DNA of 64,000 bases from Candidatus Aenigmatarchaeota archaeon (lineage in GTDB: Archaea > Aenigmatarchaeota > Aenigmatarchaeia > Aenigmatarchaeales > JACQIB01), in assembly GCA_016198755.1 (NCBI GenBank), contig JACQIB010000004.1:178760-242759 (forward strand). The letters are read 5' to 3'. The notes under the pieces were generated by a model. It had not been told where the DNA came from. It saw nothing but the letters and a program-made list of their open reading frames with translations, and ran no database searches. Numbering within the stretch: the first letter of the stretch is position 1; each line of letters opens with the position of its first letter. This document shows, one piece after another, positions 20,425 through 27,609 of the stretch. Position numbers and translations under genes: made by a program.

Positions 20425-20469
20425 AACCCTCCTATTATATAGGAGGAGGATTTAAACCTTGCTGGACTC

Positions 20470-21252
20470 CTATCTCATGTTCTTTCCCAAGAATTTGATA
20501 CTGTTTATTTTTTTTCCATCCAGCTCAATCAGTGTATTAACATGCGAACCAAATCCAGCATTCAGTGCAACCGCACCCTTTATTTTTATTTTTCCAAAGT
20601 GCTCATGTATATGCCCACCAACAGAGACCAACGGTTTGTTCCACTCTATAGCTTTTCTGACTAAAATTGAACCTGCATGTTTCCCATAAGCAGGTGAACG
20701 TTTATCCAGAACTTTGTCTAATTTTGTATTATACGGAACATTATGGGACAAAAAGATAACATGCCCCTTTGCTTTTTCAAACAGCCCCTTTAACTGGGAA
20801 TAAGCTAAAACAAACTCTGCAGGCCCTTCAGGAGCTGTGGAAATTGCCCCTCCCCACACTGGATAACCTATAAGTGTATAGCCCATAAAAGTTTTTGATT
20901 CAAAACTAATATCCCTCAGATTTTTTAGTCCCTTTATCAGCTTTGAATATTCATGGTCCCAGTTTCCCCGAACAATAAACACTGGCTTCCCAAGGGAATT
21001 CAGCTTCTTCAAAACTCTCCTCCCATCTGCAAAAGATTTTTTTATCAGCCCCTTTGCTTTTTTAACTCCAGTAATTTCAACCCAGCTTATTTCCCTTCCT
21101 TCCTTCAAACTTTTCCTATAGGAAATCCACTCATACTTTCTCATAGGATCCGAACAAAAATCCCCCGGAGCTAACACAGCATCAAAATTCTTTACTCCAA
21201 TTTTAGGAACCTGCCCATGCAAATCCCCTATCACTAAAAACCTGAATGCCAT
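20470..21252 (-). CDS. calcineurin-like metallophosphoesterase
   Basis: GDLHG, GDF, GNWD, SHNVP, GHIHE. Confidence 0.9.
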   Translation of the reverse strand: MAFRFLVIGDLHGQVPKIGVKNFDAVLAPGDFCSDPMRKYEWISYRKSLKEGREISWVEITGVKKAKGLIKKSFADGRRVLKKLNSLGKPVFIVRGNWDHEYSKLIKGLKNLRDISFESKTFMGYTLIGYPVWGGAISTAPEGPAEFVLAYSQLKGLFEKAKGHVIFLSHNVPYNTKLDKVLDKRSPAYGKHAGSILVRKAIEWNKPLVSVGGHIHEHFGKIKIKGAVALNAGFGSHVNTLIELDGKKINSIKFLGKNMR

Positions 21253-21301
21253 ACAAAAGATTAGCTATTTACCCATATTTAATAAACCACCTAACTTAAT
21301 T

Positions 21302-21652
21302 ATGTGTATGAAAATTAGCATATTTCCTTTGGTAATTATCTTCCCCCTGATTGTTGCAGGCTGCACTTCCCAGAAACCAACAGAAACAACAACTAATACC
21401 CTAGTACAGCAGCTTTCAGAGCTCTGCATACAGGCCTGCAATAATGTTCTGGCTGCAGGCCAGCCTTTGGAAGAGGGGCCCTGTTTGTTGAATCCGATCC
21501 GTGAGGACAGAATATGGGTCTGCGATGTAGCACATAACCCACGGCAGCCCATAGACGATCTGCCTGAAAACCAGTGCTCTGCCTACATAAGCGGGGAAGC
21601 AAACCATTTTGTGGAAGTTACACCAGACTGTAAATTTATAAGAGCCAAGTAA
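21302..21652 (+). CDS. Cys-rich lipoprotein of unknown function
   Basis: Lipobox VAGC; GPCL, WVCDVAHNPR, NQC, HFVEV. Confidence 0.7.
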   Translation: MCMKISIFPLVIIFPLIVAGCTSQKPTETTTNTLVQQLSELCIQACNNVLAAGQPLEEGPCLLNPIREDRIWVCDVAHNPRQPIDDLPENQCSAYISGEANHFVEVTPDCKFIRAK

Positions 21653-21703
21653 GTCGGTTGTTAGGAATTTTTGGAAATAGCTAAAGCTAAGCTGTAAAAA
21701 TAG

Positions 21704-21739
21704 GTCGCGGCCGATGATATTAGCGCCCCGAATAAAAAA
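21704..21739 (-). other. 3' strand of the pre-16S processing stem (BHB)
   Basis: TTTTTATTCGGGG-CGCT-AAT-ATCATCGGCCGCGAC pairs with 25257-25293. Confidence 0.85.
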
Positions 21740-21781
21740 TTTTGGAGGTGATCCAGCCCCACGTTCCCGTAGGGCTACCTT

Positions 21782-21889
21782 CTCATAGGAGTGCAGCCTG
21801 GCAAAATTATCCCTCTCAATTCACCTCAGTCCCCACTTGGGGCCCGCCTTTCTTTCTTTCATAGAGGAAAAATACAGACTACACTTCCT
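21782..21889 (-). other. 16S intron 8 (108 nt, E. coli 1501/1502)
   Basis: BHB CATA-AC|A...TATG-AG|A with inner stem GGAAGTGTAGTCTG/CAGGCTGCACTCC. Confidence 0.85.
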
Positions 21890-21891
21890 GT

Positions 21892-21922
21892 CTGTCAGTA
21901 TTGCAGCTTTCACTGCAAAACA
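21892..21922 (-). other. 16S intron 7 (31 nt, E. coli 1499/1500)
   Basis: BHB GTCA-TA|T...TGAC-AG|A with hairpin TTGCAG/CTGCAA. Confidence 0.85.
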
Positions 21923-22063
21923 TATGACTTAGCCTTTCTTGTAAGTCTCTGGCTCGACTCTTCCCATACCCATTGCTGGAAACGAAAAAAGCCTCGCCAA
22001 AGGCTCACTCAAATGGCTTGACAGGCGGTGTGTGCAAAGAACAGGGACGTATTCGGCGAACGA

Positions 22064-22908
22064 ATTCATGCTAGAAGCTTCGAAAAAGGTTTTATAATAT
22101 TAATCAACTTATACACTGATTGATTAACAAGAACATCATTATATTCTTCCTTTACAATATCTATAGCATCTTTTTGTATATTGCCTTCTAATATTGCTAT
22201 CAATCTTACATAGGGATATTTTTGTCGAATTTTCATAGCTCTATAAGCAAGTTCTACGGCTTGCAAACGTTTCCTATAATTGAAATTCATTTGCTTTACC
22301 TCAATTATTATTTTGGGTATATTTTCAGAAGGCAAGGCAAAATCTACTACAAAATTTCTATTGGTCCTCACTAGGGCATGAAACTTATGTGAAATGCCCA
22401 ATTTCTGAAAGATTTCTATATATCTTTTTTCTTGTTCTGTAGGACCTTTTATTATTGCACCTTTCAGAGATCTTTCTTTAGACGCCTTTAAACTCATTTT
22501 TCTTGCGCGTTCAGTATCTCTAAAAGTGCCGCGTTCGGAAATTTCATAATACCTGCGTATTAAGATTTCCCTAGAAGGAATTCTTTGCATGCATTTAATT
22601 TCTTCAAACACTTTGTTTATTACTTTTTCGTCTACACTTTTTCTAAATCCTTTCTCTATATTATAGACTGTGCCTTGACTCTTCCCTATAAACTTTGCTA
22701 ATTGCCACTGACTCATATTCAATATTAAACGTAGAATCAGCAATCTCTGCGGTTTTGTATATATAATTTCAGGTTTCAGTTTCCTTAAACTGTCTGTTGT
22801 TCTATATACTTCATCACAGAGATTTTTTAATTTTAGCTTGTTTATGGTAATCACCGATATTATATTATATCGGTAACTACTATTTAACCCTTTACAGAGC
22901 TTCTAACT
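22064..22908 (-). mobile_element. 16S intron 6 (845 nt, helix 43 loop) carrying a nuclease ORF
   Basis: Canonical BHB GCGAACG-TCAT-AA|A-GTTAGAAGCT / AGCTTCTAGC-ATGA-AT|T-CGTTCGC. Confidence 0.92.
22066..22854 (-). CDS. intron-encoded XRE-type HTH plus PD-(D/E)XK-like nuclease (putative homing endonuclease)
   Basis: MSQWQLAKFIGKSQGTVYNIEKG (HTH); TEQE..VVDFALP..IIIEVK (nuclease core). Confidence 0.75.
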   Translation of the reverse strand: MITINKLKLKNLCDEVYRTTDSLRKLKPEIIYTKPQRLLILRLILNMSQWQLAKFIGKSQGTVYNIEKGFRKSVDEKVINKVFEEIKCMQRIPSREILIRRYYEISERGTFRDTERARKMSLKASKERSLKGAIIKGPTEQEKRYIEIFQKLGISHKFHALVRTNRNFVVDFALPSENIPKIIIEVKQMNFNYRKRLQAVELAYRAMKIRQKYPYVRLIAILEGNIQKDAIDIVKEEYNDVLVNQSVYKLINIIKPFSKLLA

Positions 22909-23211
22909 TTATGACGTTCGCCTACTATGAATTCCGGCTTCATGTGGGCGAGTTGCAGCCCACAATCTGGACTAAGATTGGGTTTAGGGGGTTAGCTTTG
23001 CCTTTCGGCATTGCATCCCATTGTCCCAACCATTGTAGGACGCGTGTAGCCCAGAGAATTCGGGCCGTACGGACCTACCGTCGCCCACTCCTTCCTCTGC
23101 TTTAGCAGCAGCGGTCCCGCCATTGTGCTCTCTCCCCGGAGGGAAAGGTGGCAAATGGCAGCGTGGGTCTCGCTCGTTAACGGACTTAACCGCACGCCTC
23201 AAGGTACGAGC

Positions 23212-23372
23212 TTTCTCGTCTTAGCAGCCCTCATACAAAACATTATCTTACTTTTCTCTATGTTTTACATAATTAGCATTCCACCAACGTCGTATCAGTA
23301 TTAAGTTTGAATACTGGTTGCATATCGTTGTTGAAATTTTTCAATATCCCAATTAAATTGAGACTGCCAAGA
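23212..23372 (-). other. 16S intron 5 (161 nt, E. coli 1067/1068)
   Basis: Interrupts CGTCA|GCTCG; TCGT/ACGA central helix, inner stem CTTGGCAGTC/GGCTGCTAAG, relaxed 3' side. Confidence 0.85.
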
Positions 23373-23916
23373 TGACGATGGCCATGCAACTCCTCTCAGC
23401 TTGTCTGGTAAACCCGTTAGGCTGACCCTCATTCTGCTGTCTTCTCTGGTAAGATGTCCGGTGTTAAATCCAATTGAACCGCATCCTCCACTCATTGTGT
23501 GTTCCCCCGCCAATTCCTTTAAGTTTCAGCCTTGCGGCCGTACTCCCCAGGTGGCCCGCTTAACATCTACACTTCGGCACTGCATGTTCACGTAGAACGT
23601 GCAACACCAAGCGGGCATCGTTTACGGCTGGGACTACTGGGGTATCTAATCCCAATCGCTCCCCCAGCTGTCGCCCCTCACTGTCAGACTCGTTTTCGGT
23701 AGACGCCTTCGCCACAGGTGGTCCTCCACGGATTAAAGGATTTAACCCCTACACGTGGAATACCTCTACCGTCTCCCGATCTCAAGGCTTGGAGTATCTC
23801 CAGCGCGCCTGACAGTTAGCTGCCAGATTTCACCAGAGACTTTCAAGCCCAGCTACGGGCGCTTTAGACCCAATAAACGCGATAGCCATTTGGACCGCGG
23901 GTATTACCGCGGCGGC

Positions 23917-23947
23917 GTGTGCGAACAAAGTCTACTGACTTTGAACA
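23917..23947 (-). other. 16S intron 4 (31 nt, E. coli 520/521)
   Basis: Interrupts GTGCCA|GCCGCCGCGG; BHB GTGC-CA|T...GCAC-AC|G. Confidence 0.9.
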
Positions 23948-24159
23948 TGGCACCCGTCTTACCCAGTCCTTATTCGCCTAGGTTTTTAGCCTAAGCAAAA
24001 GCTCGTGCAAAGCACGAGCACTCGAGGTTCCCTTCTCACACGCTAATGCATTGGAAAGTTTTCGCTCCTGCTGCGACCCGTAGGCCCTGCGCTCATGTCT
24101 CAGAGCGCATCTGGAGGCTCACACTCTCATGTCCCCTACCCGTCACAGGCTTGTCAGTT

Positions 24160-24220
24160 TTATAAAGCAGGTAGCTTATGCTACCAAAAATTATTTTGGC
24201 AAACTAAGTTTGCCTATGCA
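24160..24220 (-). other. 16S intron 3 (about 61 nt, helix 11 loop)
   Basis: Removal restores GTCAGT-GTAAAGA-ACTGAC; junction uncertain by 1 nt. Confidence 0.8.
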
Positions 24221-24327
24221 CTTTACACTGACAACAACCTGATAGGCCGCAGTCCCATTCTATGGCGCCGGAGCTTTCACTTTTGGTGCATTCCAGCATC
24301 CAAAAACTATGGGGCATTAGCCTCACT

Positions 24328-24356
24328 TTTGCGTTCACTTTCAAAAGAAAGTGGAA
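24328..24356 (-). other. 16S intron 2 (29 nt, helix 8 loop)
   Basis: BHB TGCG-AA|T...CGCA-AA|A; removal restores TCTTGC-GAAA-GTGAGG. Confidence 0.88.
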
Positions 24357-24402
24357 TTCGCAAGATTATTCCCCACCATAGAGTAGGTTAACTACGTGTT
24401 AC

Positions 24403-25074
24403 TCAGCAGTGCGCCGAGGGCAAGAGCGGATTAAATAGAACCTTACCAGTCTTTTTACAATAAAAATAGTTTTTAAATTCCTTAGAAAGACATCTTACTT
24501 TTTCTAACTTTAGTGGATGTTTAAATTTTATTATTCTACAAAACTTTCTAAAATTTTTAGCACCTTTTATTCGCCACCAATATACATCGTTTTTTCCATA
24601 AACTTTTGATACATGAATACCATATGTTTCTAATAATTCTTTACTCCATATGCAAAAATCCTTAGATTTAATTTGTAGTTCTATTACAGGATATTCATAT
24701 ATAGACATCATGGTCTTTCTCTTATACCTTTGGACTTCTTTGAATACGGAACAATCACCATCAAAAAATCCTATAAGAAAATTCATCTTTTCTTTTCTAT
24801 TTATGTGCACTGGTGGAGTGATGTCATGAGACTTTTTCCCTGGTTTTATATGATAAAGTCTCTTAAATTTTTCGTATAGCTTACGATCACTTACCCTTAT
24901 CTGAAATACTCTTTTTCTTAATTTGTAAGTAACCTTGTTTTTTGCAAATTTTTGAAGATTTTTTACTATATCATCTCTGAAGCGCTTGTTATTTGTGTAG
25001 ACATAGACATACGGTCTATATTTTTCTAAATGACCATCTGCAGCTATTAAACCGGCCATATAAGAAAATTTCAT
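24403..25074 (-). CDS. intron-encoded double-motif LAGLIDADG homing endonuclease
   Basis: YMAGLIAADG and FLIGFFDGDC motifs; linear stop lies in the downstream exon. Confidence 0.9.
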   Translation of the reverse strand: MKFSYMAGLIAADGHLEKYRPYVYVYTNNKRFRDDIVKNLQKFAKNKVTYKLRKRVFQIRVSDRKLYEKFKRLYHIKPGKKSHDITPPVHINRKEKMNFLIGFFDGDCSVFKEVQRYKRKTMMSIYEYPVIELQIKSKDFCIWSKELLETYGIHVSKVYGKNDVYWWRIKGAKNFRKFCRIIKFKHPLKLEKVRCLSKEFKNYFYCKKTGKVLFNPLLPSAHC

Positions 25075-25142
25075 ATATTATTCTATGACGATATACAACT
25101 TATAGATTTCTATGTTTCGTTAGTAGTGTTCTACTTAATCCT
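24422..25142 (-). mobile_element. 16S intron 1 (about 721 nt, helix 6/V1) carrying the LAGLIDADG ORF
   Basis: BHB GGGT-AA|A-GGATTAAGTAGAAC / GTTCTATTTAATCC-GCTC-TT|G. Confidence 0.85.
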
Positions 25143-25256
25143 TTACCCCTCTCGGCTCGCATGGATAAATCGAACCCCGATAACGGCTATCTCCGGCAGG
25201 ATCAACCGGAATTAAATTAGGGGGGATTTCACAAACCTAATGGTTTGCGTTCCCTG

Positions 25257-25293
25257 TTTTCTTACTCGGAGTTTCGCTAACATCAGCCACGAC
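25257..25293 (-). other. 5' strand of the pre-16S processing stem (BHB)
   Basis: GTCGTGGCTGATGTT-AGCG-AAA-CTCCGAGTAAGAAA complementary to 21704-21739. Confidence 0.85.
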
Positions 25294-25518
25294 TTCTAAT
25301 CATGAACTCATCCGCACCCGCGCGCGCTTCCAAATTTCCCTCGCACTGGTCCGCTCATTGCTGCGTAAGCAGCTCGTTTGTATTTTTTCCCACAGGTTGG
25401 AACTGGGATGCTCATAGCGAGTTTACACTCTTGCTTGCAGCCCACACAGAAAGAGATGGAACAGCAGCGCCGTACCATTCATTTTGCCTGTGAGTACAGA
25501 CTATAATAGCGTTATCGA

Positions 25519-25570
25519 AGGCTTTTAAAGGTTACTGCGGATGCCGTTGGCTGGGGTTTAAAAGGTTTTC
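25519..25570 (-). promoter_or_regulatory. two candidate TATA boxes for the 16S transcript
   Basis: Minus strand GAAAACCTTTTAAAC and TAACCTTTAAAAG upstream of a GC-rich leader. Confidence 0.5.
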
Positions 25571-25627
25571 TTACGACCACTTTCTTATGGCAACCTCAAA
25601 ACCACAGCCACAATACATGTTTTTGCC

Positions 25628-26089
25628 CTAAAACCTGACAGCACCCTCCAAAACTTTCAGCAAATTCACAGAGCGCATTTTGATTGTTTTTGTATGTAAA
25701 CCTGGATTGAAAAAAACAAACTCGTTTTCCAGAACAGCATTGCTCAAATACGTTTTTAATTCCGTTTTCAAGCCAAAAGGCCCCACAGCCCCTATCTCCA
25801 CTCCAGCTATCCTTTCAACTTCCTGCGGGTTTGCAAGCCCAATATTTTTGCAGTTTTCTAACAGGCACAGTATTTTGGTGTCTGCCCTGCTGTCTCCTGG
25901 AACTAAAACCAGAATAAACTTTCCAGCATCTGTTTTAAAAATTAAAGACTTAACACCAGCGCGCGCAGATGGCAGGCCGCGCACACGAGATGCATCTTCT
26001 GATGTATAAACATGCTCATGCTCTGTCTCTTCGAATGGGATTTCTTTCTCTTTCAAAAGCTGTACTATTTTGTTGTATACAAAGAACAT
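25628..26089 (-). CDS. YbaK/aminoacyl-tRNA deacylase family protein
   Basis: VKSLIFK, GAVGPFG, FNPG. Confidence 0.88.
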   Translation of the reverse strand: MFFVYNKIVQLLKEKEIPFEETEHEHVYTSEDASRVRGLPSARAGVKSLIFKTDAGKFILVLVPGDSRADTKILCLLENCKNIGLANPQEVERIAGVEIGAVGPFGLKTELKTYLSNAVLENEFVFFNPGLHTKTIKMRSVNLLKVLEGAVRF

Positions 26090-26210
26090 TTTTAGAAGTA
26101 TGCTGGGCAGGTATAAAAGCTTGGTGGGCTAAATTTTTAGCTGTATGATATACAAGTGTAGGTATAACAGAAAAGTAAGCTTTATATACTACTTAATAGT
26201 AATAATTAAT

Positions 26211-26612
26211 ATGTCTGGAGATACATCTAATAGTCCTGAAAATGCTAGGAATAGATTTATAGTTGCACGTCATGTTCAGGGAGGAATAAGATCGCCTGTT
26301 CTACATGGTGATAGCGCATTCTATAAAGAAGATGCTATGAGAAGGGCTGAAGAGCTTAATCATGGAACCTGGCCTTTGGGAGATTCCGGCTGGGGAGTTT
26401 ATAGTGTGAGGGAGGCTGGAAACAGAATTGCTGATTCTGTCAGAACTTTTTTAGGAGGCGGAAGCTATGCTATCGGAAATCCAACAGCATATGGAGGATT
26501 CTATTTACATAAAAAAGATGGTGCAGTACCTGTTTTTGGATGGAGATCACAGGTTGAAAAGGCTGCAGCCAGATCAGATCTTAGGGTACTTGTATTGACA
26601 CCTGTTTTCTGA
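26211..26612 (+). CDS. hypothetical protein
   Basis: ATG at 26211 follows TTTATATA; no motif. Confidence 0.55.
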   Translation: MSGDTSNSPENARNRFIVARHVQGGIRSPVLHGDSAFYKEDAMRRAEELNHGTWPLGDSGWGVYSVREAGNRIADSVRTFLGGGSYAIGNPTAYGGFYLHKKDGAVPVFGWRSQVEKAAARSDLRVLVLTPVF

Positions 26613-26661
26613 TAGTAAGCAGTTTAAATATTTAGCTGTAAAATACTTGTTTAGTGGACTT

Positions 26662-27522
26662 ATGTTAAGCGAAACAGTCTGGAACAGTAACCTGAAAGAA
26701 CTGAAAATAGACTATCTATACCATTTGGGGCTAGATAATACAGAAGATTTAAAAGGCACTTTCAAAGATACTAGATTTGTATGCATGTTCGGGAGCGCTC
26801 TAAGAGCTGAAATGTTTGCAAAAAAAGCAGGAAAACAACTTGGCTTTACTGTTGAGGGACCAATAGGAAAAACTGAGAGATTTTCACTTTACAAAATAGG
26901 GCCAGTTATTTCTGTTTCACATGGTATGGGCATGCCTTCTCTCCTGATTTTGCTTCATGAGATAACAAAATTGCTACAGTATGCTGAAGCCATAGATGTA
27001 GCCTATATAAGAATTGGAACCTGCGGGGGTGTTGGTATTGAACCGGGAACTGTTGTTATAACAACTGAAGCTGTGAATGAAAAATTGGAAGCTGTTTTTG
27101 AGCATATGGAACTGGGAAAAGTTCGCAGATATATAACAAAACTTGATAATAAGCTGGCTGAAAGTATTTTGAAGAGCGCAGGCGATATTAAGGCTGTGCT
27201 TGGAAAAACAATGGGCACTGATGATTTTTATGAGGGTCAGGGAAGGCTGGATGGAGCTTTACAACCTCGATATAAAGCAGAGGAGAAAATGGAATATCTG
27301 AAAAAAGCTGCTGAGATTGGGGTTTTGAATATAGAGATGGAAGCAACAGCTTTTGCTACCTTTTGCTCCAGAGCAGATATAACTGGAGCTATAGTGGATG
27401 CCGCATTGTTAGACAGGCTGAAAGTGGATCAGATTTATGTTGGGAAAGAAGAACTGGCTGGATTTTCTGAAAAGGCACAGCAAGTTGTTCTGAACTATAT
27501 AAAAAGCAAAATAAACGGCTGA
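26662..27522 (+). CDS. uridine phosphorylase, eukaryotic UPP1-like type
   Basis: DYLYHLGL, SVSHGMGMPS..LHEITKLL, RIGTCGG, DFYEGQGRLDGA, NIEME. Confidence 0.9.
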   Translation: MLSETVWNSNLKELKIDYLYHLGLDNTEDLKGTFKDTRFVCMFGSALRAEMFAKKAGKQLGFTVEGPIGKTERFSLYKIGPVISVSHGMGMPSLLILLHEITKLLQYAEAIDVAYIRIGTCGGVGIEPGTVVITTEAVNEKLEAVFEHMELGKVRRYITKLDNKLAESILKSAGDIKAVLGKTMGTDDFYEGQGRLDGALQPRYKAEEKMEYLKKAAEIGVLNIEMEATAFATFCSRADITGAIVDAALLDRLKVDQIYVGKEELAGFSEKAQQVVLNYIKSKING

Positions 27523-27609
27523 GCTGGCTAAGGCTTTTATTCTGCTTTCCCTAGGATTATGTATGGGAAAAACTATTAAAGTTTTTAACACCTCCAAAAC
27601 CAAGAGGTT

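Larger units (their letters stand above)
21744..25212 (-). rRNA. rrs: archaeal 16S rRNA gene with eight BHB introns (about 1482 nt after splicing), not linked to 23S
   Basis: 5' ATTCCGGTTGATCCTGCCGG, CCTACGGGTCGCAGCAG, ATTAGATACCC, AAACTTAAAGGAATTGGCGGG, 3' GGATCACCTCC. Confidence 0.98.

Noticed and set aside
21782-21889. GAGGTGA SD-like motif and a 22-codon circle-spanning ORF in intron 8
   Set aside because: SD-to-TTG spacing is 1 nt and a 7-nt match is too weak; pairing with the anti-SD cannot be supported
21791-24391. Short ORFs over the 16S exons (e.g. 22911-23105, 23301-23513, 23755-23994, 24095-24391)
   Set aside because: Chance frames in rRNA sequence
25294-25500. RNase P, SRP or 5S RNA upstream of 16S
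   Set aside because: Their hallmark motifs were not found
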